Source of the DNA: Candidatus Multivoradales bacterium
GTDB taxonomy: Bacteria; Acidobacteriota; Thermoanaerobaculia; Multivoradales; JAHEKO01
Reading direction: 5' to 3'
Assembly: GCA_965223855.1 (NCBI GenBank)
Contig: CBDCXM010000009.1
Span: 672,001-736,000, forward strand
DNA length: 64,000 bases
This document shows, piece after piece, positions 51,992 to 62,308 of this stretch. The notes beneath the pieces are model-generated. The model saw only the letters and a program-made list of their open reading frames with translations, was not told the DNA's origin and did no database searches. Both the position numbers and the translations under genes were made by a program. Position 1 is the stretch's first letter; the number at the start of each line of letters is the position of its first letter.

Positions 51992-53272
51992 ATGGCCTCC
52001 GCACCGACCGCACTTCGCGTCGTCTCGCGCTGGCAGATCGTCGCCCTGGCGCTGAACGACGTCATCGGGTCGGGTATCTACCTGCTTCCCGCGGCGGCCG
52101 CCCTGCTGCTCGGCGGCGCCAGTATCGGGGCGGTGGTCGTGGCCGGCGTCGCGGTGCTTCTAGTGGTGCTGTGCTTCGCCGAGGCGTCGAGCCATTTCGA
52201 CCAGCCTGGGGGCGCCTATCTCTATGCCCGCGAGGCGTTCGGCGACTTCATCGGCTTCGAGGTCGGATGGATGACGTGGCTGGCCAGGGTCGCTTCGGTC
52301 GCGTCGCTCGCCGCCGGGTTCGCTCAGGCGCTCGGTTATCTGTGGCCGGCGGCCGACGGCGGTGCCGGGCGCGTCGTCGCGATCGTCGTGCCGACGCTCG
52401 TACTGACGGCACTCAATCTGATCGGGGTCCGCAGCGGAGTCCGCACCGCTGTCGTGCTGGTGGTGGGCAAGCTCGTCCCGCTAGCCTTCTTCGTCTTCGT
52501 CGGCTGGCGCTTCACGAGCGCCGACACGCTGGCGGCTCAGCCGGCCGGCAGCGGCGACCTCGGAGCGGCGGCGCTGCTGCTGCTCTATGCCTACGCCGGG
52601 TTCGAGAACACGACCGCCCCCGCCGGTGAATACCGCGACCCGCGCCGTGACCTGCCGTTCGCCCTGCTGGTCCACATCGCCGTCATCACCACGCTCTACG
52701 TCACGATCCAGTGGATCGCGCTCGCCACCCTGCCCGATGCCGGCGCTTCCGGGACGCCGCTCGCCGATGCGGCGCGGCGCTTCGGCGGCCCGGCGGCCGG
52801 TCTCCTGTTGACCGTCGGCGCGACGCTGTCGATCCTCGGTACCCAGAGCAACACGATCCTCATCGGGCCGCGCTACCTCTACGCTCTCGCTCGCGACGGC
52901 TACGGCCCGCGAGCGCTGGCCCGGCTCCACCCGCGCTTCCGCACACCGGCGGCGGCACTCGTCCTTCAGGTCGGGCTCGCTCTGCCATTGGCGCTCACCG
53001 GAAGTTTCGCCCGGCTGGCGATGCTCTCGGTCGTCGCCCGGCTGGCGACCTACTTCGGCACCATCGCCGCAGTGCCGGTGCTGCGACGGCGCGCCACCCC
53101 CGGGGCGTGGCGGCTGCCGGGAGGACTCGCGATTCCGCTCGCGGCCGCGGTGGTGACGGCGGGGCTGGCGGCAAGCGCCACCCGCGGCCACCTGCTGGCG
53201 GCCACCGCGGCCCTGCTCGTCGGCGCACTGCTTTTCCGATGGCGTCGCAGCGGCGAGACCGATCCCCCGTAG
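51992..53272 (+). CDS. APC-family amino acid permease
   Basis: IGSGIYLLP, GGAYLYAREAFG, YAGFE, multiple TM segments. Confidence 0.9.
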   Translation: MASAPTALRVVSRWQIVALALNDVIGSGIYLLPAAAALLLGGASIGAVVVAGVAVLLVVLCFAEASSHFDQPGGAYLYAREAFGDFIGFEVGWMTWLARVASVASLAAGFAQALGYLWPAADGGAGRVVAIVVPTLVLTALNLIGVRSGVRTAVVLVVGKLVPLAFFVFVGWRFTSADTLAAQPAGSGDLGAAALLLLYAYAGFENTTAPAGEYRDPRRDLPFALLVHIAVITTLYVTIQWIALATLPDAGASGTPLADAARRFGGPAAGLLLTVGATLSILGTQSNTILIGPRYLYALARDGYGPRALARLHPRFRTPAAALVLQVGLALPLALTGSFARLAMLSVVARLATYFGTIAAVPVLRRRATPGAWRLPGGLAIPLAAAVVTAGLAASATRGHLLAATAALLVGALLFRWRRSGETDPP

Positions 53273-53310
53273 CCCGAAGGCCGCGCGACAGGTTGCCGCA
53301 CGGCCGCGAC

Positions 53311-54516
53311 TCAGAGCGCGACGCGTGCCATTCGCAAGCCGCTGACGCGGTCGTCTTCGGTGGCGACCCAGACGACGAGCAGTGACTCACCGAGGCGGGC
53401 GAGGCGGGGGATGCCGCTCGCGCGCGACGCACCCGTGACGGCGACCTCATGTCGCTCGAGCTCGCCCGCTTCGGCGAGCCGCGCGATCATTACGCCACCA
53501 TCCTTCTCCCCCTGCTCGATCCAGCTCAGCCACAGCTCATCCCCCACCCCGTGAGCCAGATCGACTCGCCCGAGCGGTCGCACGTTGGCGAGCTCGAACG
53601 GCTCCGAGAAGGTGTCGCCGCCGTCCGTCGAACGCGCCCACCTGATGCGGGCATCTCCCTCCGGAGCGGTGAACCAGGCGATCGCCACCCGGTCGCCGTC
53701 CGCTACCGCCGCCGGCCCGTTGACCGGACAGCCGGGAATCGTCCAGCCGTCGTCCCACACCGCCGCCGGGTCGCTCCAGGTTTCGCCGCGCGCCGCGACT
53801 CGTGCGATGTTGCGCAGCTCTGTGTCACCTCGGTCACGGTAGAAGGCGACCGCGCCCCCGGCGGTCGCCACCAGCTCGGTCGGACAGCATTCGCAGACCC
53901 GCTCGTCCAGCACTTCCGACCCTCCGACCGTCGACCCGAGGACGGCGGTGCGCACCGCCATCGGCCCCTCGCGCTCCATCTCGCGGCCGTCGAGCCAGAC
54001 GGCGCGCAGGCTCTCGCCCTCGGCGGCGTAGGAGACGAACCCGTGCTCGGTCGGGCTGCTGTCCTCCGCGTGGAGGAGCCCCTGCGGCTCCCAGCTCTCG
54101 CCGCCGTCGTCGGAACGGGCGAGCTGAATGCCGTAGGCGTAGGTCGAGGCGCCGAGTTTGGCGAGCCAGTGCGCCCACAGGGTGCCGTCACCGGCGACGC
54201 CGATCTTCGGCACGTCGGCCCAGTTGGCGAAGAAGTCGTCCCCGCGCGCGATCTCCACCGGCGGCGACCATTGCCGGCCGTCGAAGCGCGCCGCCCGCAG
54301 GCTGTACCCCTCATCCGTCGGCTCCAACCAGCTCAGCCAGACGGCGCCGTCCGCCTCGACGAGCGAGGGAGCCATCGCGCCTGCCCCGGCCGGTGAATCG
54401 ATCGGTTGAAGCCTCGGTGCCGGCGTCACCGGCTCGCCGGCCGTAAGCTTCTCTCCCCGGTCGGGCGCCGAGCAGGCGAGCGCGAAGATCGCGAGCAGGG
54501 CCAGGCGGCGGCTCAC
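53311..54516 (-). CDS. BNR/sialidase-like beta-propeller lipoprotein
   Basis: Lipobox ALAC; Asp-boxes SDDGGESW, STDGGDTF; FFANWAD, CECC, GCPVNGP. Confidence 0.8.
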   Translation of the reverse strand: MSRRLALLAIFALACSAPDRGEKLTAGEPVTPAPRLQPIDSPAGAGAMAPSLVEADGAVWLSWLEPTDEGYSLRAARFDGRQWSPPVEIARGDDFFANWADVPKIGVAGDGTLWAHWLAKLGASTYAYGIQLARSDDGGESWEPQGLLHAEDSSPTEHGFVSYAAEGESLRAVWLDGREMEREGPMAVRTAVLGSTVGGSEVLDERVCECCPTELVATAGGAVAFYRDRGDTELRNIARVAARGETWSDPAAVWDDGWTIPGCPVNGPAAVADGDRVAIAWFTAPEGDARIRWARSTDGGDTFSEPFELANVRPLGRVDLAHGVGDELWLSWIEQGEKDGGVMIARLAEAGELERHEVAVTGASRASGIPRLARLGESLLVVWVATEDDRVSGLRMARVAL

Positions 54517-55184
54517 GGTTCGATCTCCAATCGCACCGTCGCCATCCTCCTCTCGAGGGCGATTTCGATCGGCGTCGCCCGGTCGTCATTGGCGAGATAG
54601 AGGTCGAGCTTACCCTTCCACAGACGCTCCCCCGGCACCTTGCGCGCGCGGATCGCATAGTGGCTGGCGAGATACGGACGACCGTTGACGGTTCGCTGTA
54701 CCGTGCCCCGTGGCTGAATGACGACCGGGTAGAGCTTGCCGTCGTTCCAGATCCGCAGCTTCCGGTCCTGAGTCGGCCTCTCGCGACGCAGCAGGATGAT
54801 GCCGGAGGCCGTGTCGATGACCTCCTCTTCTCCCAGCTCCGAGCGCTCGCTCTTCTCCTCGCCGCGGAACCGGTAGGAGCTCCACGCCCGCAGCGTGCGC
54901 TGGTCGGCGGGGTCGATCGCCGACCCGTAGCGCCAGTACTCCCCCTCCTCGGCACTCGACGCGGTGATGTCAAGCTCGACCTGGAGCTCCCCGCTCGGCG
55001 CCTGGCGGGTCGTCAGGGTTCCTTCTCCACGACCCGGCAGGAAGAGCCGCGCGAAGGTGCCGACGAAGCCGCCGAGCTTCCACGAGTAGCGGAGCACCTC
55101 GCTCTCGTCTGCGCGCACCGGTGCCGCCAGCGACGCCGCAAGAGCAAGCGACACGATTGCCGCTGTCACCGGGGCTCGATTCAT
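54513..55184 (-). CDS. Secreted DUF3108-like protein
   Basis: Signal peptide MNRAPVTAAIVSLALAA; E-LRYSW, beta-rich, YLANDDRATPIEI. Confidence 0.6.
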   Translation of the reverse strand: MNRAPVTAAIVSLALAASLAAPVRADESEVLRYSWKLGGFVGTFARLFLPGRGEGTLTTRQAPSGELQVELDITASSAEEGEYWRYGSAIDPADQRTLRAWSSYRFRGEEKSERSELGEEEVIDTASGIILLRRERPTQDRKLRIWNDGKLYPVVIQPRGTVQRTVNGRPYLASHYAIRARKVPGERLWKGKLDLYLANDDRATPIEIALERRMATVRLEIEP

Positions 55185-55341
55185 GCTGCGCACTATAGCG
55201 TCGGGCCGCGGACCACGGCGCCGGGTCGGACTCCGGCAGGTCGAGAAGAAGCGGGTTGACGAGCGCTCACGCAGAGCCACAACCCCACCGACCCCTCGGG
55301 CTGTTCCCCACGGCGCTATGCTACTTTCGCCGGTCGAGCGC

Positions 55342-56031
55342 ATGAAACTCTCGGTCGCCATCCCCGTCTTCAACGAAGAGCGGACGCTCGAAGAGCTCGT
55401 CGGTCGCGTCCTCGCGACGCCGCACGACAAGGAGATCGTGCTGGTCAACGACGGTTCGAGCGACGGCTCGGCGGCGATCATCGACCGGCTGGCCGCCGAG
55501 CACCCCAACGTCCAGGCGTTCCACCACGACCGCAATCGCGGCAAGGGGGCGGCACTCGCCACCGCGTTCTCGAAGGTCAGCGGCGACGTTGTCGTCATTC
55601 AGGACGCCGACCTCGAGTACGACCCCGGTGACTACGACGCATTGCTCGAGCCGATCGTCAAGGCGAAGGCCGACGTCGTCTACGGCAGCCGCTTCCTCGG
55701 CGGGCGCTACAGCAGGGTGCACCTCTTCTGGCACTTCGTCGGCAACCGTTTCCTCACGACCCTGTCGAACGTCTTCACCAACCTCAATCTCAGCGACATG
55801 GAGACCTGCTACAAGGTCTTCCGGCGCGAGATCGCTCAACAGCTCGACATCCGGTCGAAGAGTTTCGCCGTCGAGCCGGAGATCACCGCCAAGGTGGCAC
55901 GGCTGAAGGCGAGGGTCTACGAGGTGCCGATCAGCTACTCGGGGCGCGACTACGGCGAGGGCAAGAAGATCGGGCCCAAGGACGCGGTGATCGCGGTGTT
56001 CGCGATCCTGCGCTGGGGCCTCTTCCGGTGA
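55342..56031 (+). CDS. Glycosyltransferase family 2 (polyprenol-phosphate sugar synthase-like)
   Basis: SVAIPVFNE, NDGSSDGS, NRGKGAA, QDADLEYDP, GSRF, DMETCYK. Confidence 0.93.
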   Translation: MKLSVAIPVFNEERTLEELVGRVLATPHDKEIVLVNDGSSDGSAAIIDRLAAEHPNVQAFHHDRNRGKGAALATAFSKVSGDVVVIQDADLEYDPGDYDALLEPIVKAKADVVYGSRFLGGRYSRVHLFWHFVGNRFLTTLSNVFTNLNLSDMETCYKVFRREIAQQLDIRSKSFAVEPEITAKVARLKARVYEVPISYSGRDYGEGKKIGPKDAVIAVFAILRWGLFR

Positions 56032-58691
56032 TCGGATCCCAGCGGTTCGGCCGGACGGGCCGGGCTCTCCTGGCGTTGCTGATCGCCGGCTGCGGCGCTC
56101 CTTCCGATGACCTCGGCCGTACGCGCATCGCCGCGCGGCTGATCACGGAGGCGTCACCCAGCCTCGCGGCGCGCGACCCCGGCGAGCTTTTCGACACCGC
56201 CACCTCCGTCGACTGGCGGTTCTCGCCCGAGATCGCGTCTCCGTGGAAGCTGTCGGACCCCGCGATCCCCGGCGAACTCAAGCCGGGCCGGCTGCAGTTC
56301 GACTGCGCCGTCTCGCCGTGCCGCCTCGAGGCGCAGGTCGATCTCGAGGCGCGCGAGATCGACGCCCTCGAGATCTCGCTCTCCGGCGCCAACAAGAGCA
56401 GCGCTCGCCTCCGCTGGGCGACCGACGGTGGACCCCTCGAGGAGGACCGGGTGCTGGTCGAACGGCTGCCGGCAGGGCGAGACAAGCTCGTACGCTTCGA
56501 CGTTGCCCGCCACCCCCAATGGCGCGGCCGCATTACGGCACTGTCGCTCGAGCCGACGAGGGTCGCCGATCAGAGGGTGTGGATCCAGCAGATCCGCGGT
56601 CTGCGCTACGCCCTCGACGGGGCGGACTCCGCCACCTTTGCCGACGCCTCCTGGTCGGTGCTCGTCGGTGACGAGGCGCGACCCTCACGACTGGCGATCC
56701 CGGGAAGGGCCTTCTCGTGGTCGATCGAGGTGCCCCCCGGCGGCCGGCTCCGCTTCGGCACCGCGGTTCCGCAGACCTGGTCCGAGCCCCTGACGTTCCA
56801 GGTCGCAGCCGTCTCCGGGGGCAGCGAGGTCGAAGTCTTCGAAGCGGCCCGGCAACCGGGGGCGGGGTGGGCCGAACACGAAGTCGATCTTTCACCGTTC
56901 GCCGGCGGCGAGCTCGAGCTGACCTTCGCGGCGGAGGGCTCCGGAGCGCCTCCGATCGCTGGCTTCGCCGCCTGGTCCGGCCCCGAGATCCACGTCGCCG
57001 ACCGCGAGGAGCGACCGCACGTCGTCCTGGTCTCCGTCGATACCCTGCGCGCCGACCATCTGTCGCTCTACGGCTATCACCGGCCGACGACCCCGAATCT
57101 CGACCGTTTCGTCGCCGAGCGCGGGGTGTGGTTTCGCAACACCGTCACCTCGGCCCCCTGGACGCTCCCGGCTCACGTCTCGATGCTGACGGGCATCGAC
57201 TCGCTCGCCCACGGCGTCAATCATCAGAGCCCGATGCCGGAGGCGCTGGTGACGGCGGCGCACCTCTTCCGCGCCGCCGGTTACCGCACCGTGGCCTATA
57301 CGGGTGGAGGCTGGCTCACCGATCGCTACGGCTTCGACCGCGCCTTCGATCGCTTCCACTCGTGGCCTCACGGCCGGCCGCGCGACAGCGAGCTCGCGAC
57401 CAGCATCGATCTGTTGCTCGAAACGTTCTACGAGGCGACGACACCGGTTTTCGCCTTCCTTCACACCTTCGAAGTCCACAGCCCTCACGACCGCCGCGAA
57501 CCGTTCCGGGAGGACTCTCCGTGGCCGGAGGGGACCCGGTTCTTCGACGCCTCGATCGAGACTCGCCGCGAAGCGGGCTACGCCGTCGAGAAGAAGCTCA
57601 TGCTCGGGACCCGCCCCGAGGACGCACGCCGGGTGGAGACCGAAGCCGACTGGCGACAGGCTCGCGCCGCCTACGACAACGGCATCGTCCACATGGACGC
57701 AGAGCTCGGGAGGCTGCTGACGGCGCTCGACACCTTCGGTCCGAACGCAGTCGCCGTCACCTCGGATCACGGCGAGGCGTTCGGCGAGCACGGACTCGCG
57801 TCGCACGGTTATCTCTACGACCACAACGTCCTCGTGCCGCTCGTCCTGGCACCACCGAACGGGGCCCGGGCGGGTGAGGGGCTCCCCGGCCGGGAGATCG
57901 AGCAGCAGGTGCGCGTCGTCGATCTGCTGCCGACGCTGCTCGACTACGCCGGGCTCCAGCCGCCGGCCGGTATCGACGGTCGCTCGCTCGCGACCCTGGT
58001 CGCCAACGGGCGCGACGACTCGCTGCCGCGCATCGCCACCACCTACGCCACGTCGAGCAACCTCGGCCTGGCACTGCGGACGGCCAACCGGATGAAGTAC
58101 GTCTTCAACAACTCGCCCTGGCCGCCGATCGCCGGCCAGCAGTCGCTCTTCGACCTGCGCGCCGACCCGGGCGAGCTCGACGACCTCTCGATCGGAGCCG
58201 ACGACGAGCTCGAGCGGATGCGCAGCCTCACCCGCAGCGCACAGACGACCCGTTCCGGAGTCGCGGTGCTGCGGCTCGCCAACGACGGTTCGTCCCCGCT
58301 TTCCGGAACCCTCGCCGGCCGCTGCCTGCAGCCGTTGAGAGTTACCTCCACCGAGGCCGGGGCGGGGGAGCTGCGCTGGCTCGGCACCCACGCCACCTTC
58401 GAGCTGCCCGCCGGGCGCTCGATGCCGCTCTTCTTCGAGGCTCCGAGCCAACCGTGCGTCACGATCACCCTCGAGCAGGGCGGCCGCACGTTCGAGTGGT
58501 CGATCGACGATCCCGATCAGCCGGCTGCCGGTCGTGCCCTGGGCGCCGACGGCCTCGTGGCGATCGATGCGGAGTCGGCGCTCGGCACCGGGCTGTGGTG
58601 GACACCTCCGTCCGCGCGCCTCGTCGATCTCGACCCGACGACCGACCCGGCGCTGCGAGCGGAACTCGAGGCGCTCGGCTACCTCAACTGA
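56028..58691 (+). CDS. Large sulfatase-like lipoprotein with N-terminal beta-sandwich domains
   Basis: Lipobox IAGC; SVDTLRADH, APWTLPAHVSMLTG, SDHGEAF; C-terminal LEALGYLN. Confidence 0.85.
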   Translation: MIGSQRFGRTGRALLALLIAGCGAPSDDLGRTRIAARLITEASPSLAARDPGELFDTATSVDWRFSPEIASPWKLSDPAIPGELKPGRLQFDCAVSPCRLEAQVDLEAREIDALEISLSGANKSSARLRWATDGGPLEEDRVLVERLPAGRDKLVRFDVARHPQWRGRITALSLEPTRVADQRVWIQQIRGLRYALDGADSATFADASWSVLVGDEARPSRLAIPGRAFSWSIEVPPGGRLRFGTAVPQTWSEPLTFQVAAVSGGSEVEVFEAARQPGAGWAEHEVDLSPFAGGELELTFAAEGSGAPPIAGFAAWSGPEIHVADREERPHVVLVSVDTLRADHLSLYGYHRPTTPNLDRFVAERGVWFRNTVTSAPWTLPAHVSMLTGIDSLAHGVNHQSPMPEALVTAAHLFRAAGYRTVAYTGGGWLTDRYGFDRAFDRFHSWPHGRPRDSELATSIDLLLETFYEATTPVFAFLHTFEVHSPHDRREPFREDSPWPEGTRFFDASIETRREAGYAVEKKLMLGTRPEDARRVETEADWRQARAAYDNGIVHMDAELGRLLTALDTFGPNAVAVTSDHGEAFGEHGLASHGYLYDHNVLVPLVLAPPNGARAGEGLPGREIEQQVRVVDLLPTLLDYAGLQPPAGIDGRSLATLVANGRDDSLPRIATTYATSSNLGLALRTANRMKYVFNNSPWPPIAGQQSLFDLRADPGELDDLSIGADDELERMRSLTRSAQTTRSGVAVLRLANDGSSPLSGTLAGRCLQPLRVTSTEAGAGELRWLGTHATFELPAGRSMPLFFEAPSQPCVTITLEQGGRTFEWSIDDPDQPAAGRALGADGLVAIDAESALGTGLWWTPPSARLVDLDPTTDPALRAELEALGYLN

Positions 58692-58709
58692 GCGTCACGG
58701 CGGCCCCTT

Positions 58710-60197
58710 CTACTGCGACCGGTCCCGCCGCGCCGGGGTGGTGACGAGCTGCGCCGGTTCGATCTTGCGCGCCTGGCCGAGAGCGATCGTGATCGCGTCA
58801 GCCGCGGGCGGACTCCTCTCGAGCTCTCGCCTTCGCCCGGCCTGGATGTCCACACCGGGCCGCGCCAGCATCGCCCAGGCGCGAATCGAGTACGGCGCGA
58901 GGACCGCGATCTGGCGATAGCGGTCGGGCACCGCCGCCCGCACCACGGAAGGATAGGGCCCCGCCTCGATGCGCGTTCCGGGCTCGGCCGCCGCGAGCTC
59001 AGGGCCGAGGGCGGAGAGGAACGTGGCCGATTCCGCCCCGGCGCGCCGGAGCTCGACCGTTCCCGCCCATTGCGGTGCGCCGATCAGCGCCCGGCCGACC
59101 AGCAACCCGACCGCCGCCACCAGGACGGCTGAGCGCAGGGGTGACTCCTGTCTGTGGGTAAGGGCGATCCTGGCGAGCGCCGCCAGAGCCAGGGCCAGCG
59201 GCGCGATGCCGGCATAGGCGTACCACGGGCTGAACCTGCCGGCGCTCGAGAGCAGCAGGGCAAGGGCCACGCCCCACCCGGAGGCGAGGAGCAGAAGACG
59301 GCGCCCACCCTCGCTCCCGCCTGCCAGCGACAGCGCAGCGGCCGCCGCCGTTGCAAGTGCCGCCCAGTGCCACCACGGTACGGCGTTCACCGACAGGAGC
59401 GCTTCGCACAGCTTGCGCACGTGCCCGGCCACGAGATCGGGATTCCAGCCGCTCGTCTTGTGGCCGCCGAGGCCGCCGAGCACCCACCAGCGCAGTCCTA
59501 CGTAGAGCCCCGCCGCGATCGCCGGTGCCGTGGCGAGCCGGAGGGCACGGCCGATGCGGCCTCGACTCGACAGCCGCTCCCGATCTTCCAGCAGACCGAC
59601 ACCAACGGCGACGACCGGCGCAATCAGACCGACTTCTTTCGCCAGCATCGCACCGAGCGCCAGGAGTCCTGCCCGGTAGCCACTGCTCGAGGCGTCGGCT
59701 CGCGAGAGAACACTCACCATCCACAGGAGCAGTGTCGCCGACAGCAGGTCCGGACGACGGGCGAGATAGGGCAGCACGGACCCCTGGGCCGGATGGAGCA
59801 CGAAGACCGTCGTCGCCAACGCCGCCGCCCACGGGGCGCCCGGCAGCCATCGCCGGACGATCCGGTAGAGCGCCAGTGCAGCGAGCGCCAGAAGGACCGC
59901 TCCGACGAGCGCGTTGGAGCGCGCCGTGCCGCCGAGCAGAGCACGGTCGAGCGCCACGCTGGCGGTCGTCAGCGGCCGGTAGAACTCGCCCGGATAGAAG
60001 CCGGGCATCAGCCGCCCGGCGGCGAGATCGATCAGATCGCTCCAGGAGGAGACGGCGGAGGTCAGCAGGATCGGATAGGTGTCCCAACCGAGATGACCGA
60101 CCTCTGCCAGCAGGTCGACCCAGAAGATCGCCGCCAGCGCCACGGCCGTGAACGCCACTCCGGCGCACAGGGTGCGGACGTTGCGCGACCCGCTCAC
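58710..60197 (-). CDS. Multi-TM GT-C-fold glycosyltransferase-like membrane protein
   Basis: WD, FYRPL, FVLHP...YLARRPDLL, LAKE motifs typical of TMTC/PMT-like proteins. Confidence 0.7.
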   Translation of the reverse strand: MSGSRNVRTLCAGVAFTAVALAAIFWVDLLAEVGHLGWDTYPILLTSAVSSWSDLIDLAAGRLMPGFYPGEFYRPLTTASVALDRALLGGTARSNALVGAVLLALAALALYRIVRRWLPGAPWAAALATTVFVLHPAQGSVLPYLARRPDLLSATLLLWMVSVLSRADASSSGYRAGLLALGAMLAKEVGLIAPVVAVGVGLLEDRERLSSRGRIGRALRLATAPAIAAGLYVGLRWWVLGGLGGHKTSGWNPDLVAGHVRKLCEALLSVNAVPWWHWAALATAAAAALSLAGGSEGGRRLLLLASGWGVALALLLSSAGRFSPWYAYAGIAPLALALAALARIALTHRQESPLRSAVLVAAVGLLVGRALIGAPQWAGTVELRRAGAESATFLSALGPELAAAEPGTRIEAGPYPSVVRAAVPDRYRQIAVLAPYSIRAWAMLARPGVDIQAGRRRELERSPPAADAITIALGQARKIEPAQLVTTPARRDRSQ

Positions 60198-61555
60198 AGG
60201 TAGCCGAGCGCCTCGAGCCGCTCCCGAGCCTCCTCGTCGAGCGGCTCCGGCTCGCTTCCCGGCTCCAGATCGAGCGCCTCCAGCAACGCGTCGAGTCTTG
60301 CCGCGAGCTCCGCGACGATCTCCGGGTGCTGCGCGGCCAGGTCGTGCTCCTCATCCGGGTCACGTTCGAAATCGAAGAGCCAGCGACGTCCCTGCACCCG
60401 GTCTTCGACCAGCTTGAGGCGTCGCTCGGCGTCGAGCCAGTAGTGGAGCGAGCGCTCGGAGCGCCGCGTCTCGCCATAGACGCTCGGTACACGAACCCTG
60501 CCGCCTTCGAGCGCCGCGGCAAGACTGGTGCCGTGGAACTCCTCCGGCGCCTCGAGGCCGATGAGATCGAGAATCGTCGGCGCGACGTCGATCAGCCGCA
60601 CCGGATCATCGATCCGGCGCCCACCCTCGGCGCCCGCCGGCAGGCGAATCATCAACGGCACCCGTACCAGCGCATTGGTGACCGACTTCGAATGACCCCA
60701 GCGGCCCTTCTCGTCGAACTCCTCTCCGTGGTCGCCGACGAGGACGACGAGGTAGCGATCGAGATCGACCCGCTCGGCAGCGGCGGCGAAGAAGCGCCGG
60801 ATCGAGTCGTCGGTCGCGCGGAGCTTGCGGTCGTAGTCGCGCTTCGTGCTCGCGACCGGATCCGGCAACTCCTCGTCGCCGAACATCTCGCCGTAGCCCG
60901 CCGGGGGGCGGTAGATCGGCGGCGCGCCCGCCTTGTCGAAGTGAGGGTCGAAGAGATGCACCCACAGCAGATGGCGCTCGCTCTCGAAACGCTCCAGCTC
61001 GGCCAGCGCCACTTCGAAGGCGCAGGCGGCCGTGCCCCACATGCAGCTTGTTTCGTCGAAGCGGTCGAACCCCTGGGAGAAGCCCTGGCGTTCGATGAGG
61101 TGACCGTTGGTCGAGATGCCGGCGGTCTCGTAGCCCGCCTTCTGCAAGGCCTCCGTCAAGGTCGGGTGGCTCTCCGAGAAGCGCTCCACCTCGACCCCGG
61201 CGACGCCGCCCCGGCGGCCACGTGGCGCGGGCCTGACGCCGTCGTGAACCCCGAGCGCGGGGGTGTCGAGCCCCGAGAAGAGCGACAGCATCGACGGCAG
61301 CGTCCAGGAGCTCTGTGCGAGGGCGGCGTCGAAGACCACCGACTCGCGCGCCAGCTCCTCGAGGAACGGCGTGGTGTCGCGCTCGTACCCGAAGAGGGAG
61401 AAGTGGTCGGCACGCGTCGTGTCGAGCGTCACGAGAAGGATCGGAGCTCCGTCGGCACCGGGTGCCGCTGCGGCGACCGAGCCCTCCTCCACCCGTCGGT
61501 CGCAGCCCGCCGTCACGACGAGCAGCATCGCCGCCGGAACTCGCCACATCCTCAT
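60194..61555 (-). CDS. Sulfatase-like lipoprotein
   Basis: Lipobox TAGC; TLDTTRADH, SSWTLPSMLSLFSG, FDPH, GDHGEEF; C-terminal LEALGYL. Confidence 0.85.
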   Translation of the reverse strand: MRMWRVPAAMLLVVTAGCDRRVEEGSVAAAAPGADGAPILLVTLDTTRADHFSLFGYERDTTPFLEELARESVVFDAALAQSSWTLPSMLSLFSGLDTPALGVHDGVRPAPRGRRGGVAGVEVERFSESHPTLTEALQKAGYETAGISTNGHLIERQGFSQGFDRFDETSCMWGTAACAFEVALAELERFESERHLLWVHLFDPHFDKAGAPPIYRPPAGYGEMFGDEELPDPVASTKRDYDRKLRATDDSIRRFFAAAAERVDLDRYLVVLVGDHGEEFDEKGRWGHSKSVTNALVRVPLMIRLPAGAEGGRRIDDPVRLIDVAPTILDLIGLEAPEEFHGTSLAAALEGGRVRVPSVYGETRRSERSLHYWLDAERRLKLVEDRVQGRRWLFDFERDPDEEHDLAAQHPEIVAELAARLDALLEALDLEPGSEPEPLDEEARERLEALGYL

Positions 61556-61610
61556 GGACGGCATCCTGTCAGATCCTCCACCTGTCGCCGGCCGGGGCAG
61601 ATCGACGTGC

Positions 61611-61647
61611 AAACGAAAACGGGTAGCCCGTGAGGACTACCCGTTTC
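61611..61647 (-). terminator. Rho-independent terminator
   Basis: Minus strand AAACGGGTAG-tcctcacggg-CTACCCGTTT followed by TCGTTT, after the 61682 gene. Confidence 0.75.
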
Positions 61648-61681
61648 GCGCCGCTCAAGGCGGCGAGCTGTCGCGCTCCGC

Positions 61682-62308
61682 TTAGCGGGTCGCGACGTAG
61701 CTGTCGAGAGCGTAGGTGCCGCTGGTCGTGGTGTCGGGGCCCTGAGCGGCTCCGAGACGGACGACATCGACGACCGTACCGAAGTTCGGAATGTCGAGCT
61801 TCTCGTACTGCACCGTGTCGCCCTTGATGAGGCGGAAGAAACCGTCGTCCGCACCGGCACCGCTCGCACGGCCCCACTCGTAGCCGACGCGGCCACGGTT
61901 GGTCGCCGGGTTGATCGTGAACTTGCCGGCCCAGCGGAAGGCGCCGTTCTCGCGCTTCACGAAGGCGACGATCTTGAACTCGTTGTTCTGGCGAACCAGG
62001 TTGACCTTGATCACGTTGTCGCCGGGCTGACGGGACATGTGAACCGTGTGATTGGTGAACTCGGCCATCGTGAGGTCGTCGGCATCGATACGGAACTCGA
62101 TGTTGTGGGTGACCTCACTGTTGTGAGCCGTGTTCTCTGCCACGTAGGTCGTGTTGGTACCGCTGTTCATCTGCATCTCGAGACCGAAGCTTCCCTCGAT
62201 CGCTGCAGCGGCGGTCACCGCCAGGGTGTTGGCGCCCGCATGGGCTACGCCGGCCGTCGTGAGCACTCCCAACCCGATCACGGCTACCGAAAGCAGGACT
62301 TTACGCAT
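61682..62308 (-). CDS. Secreted beta-sandwich (LamG/ConA-like) hypothetical protein
   Basis: Signal peptide ending VAHA; GGGAG SD; Asn/Thr/Gly-rich beta pattern; own terminator. Confidence 0.7.
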   Translation of the reverse strand: MRKVLLSVAVIGLGVLTTAGVAHAGANTLAVTAAAAIEGSFGLEMQMNSGTNTTYVAENTAHNSEVTHNIEFRIDADDLTMAEFTNHTVHMSRQPGDNVIKVNLVRQNNEFKIVAFVKRENGAFRWAGKFTINPATNRGRVGYEWGRASGAGADDGFFRLIKGDTVQYEKLDIPNFGTVVDVVRLGAAQGPDTTTSGTYALDSYVATR

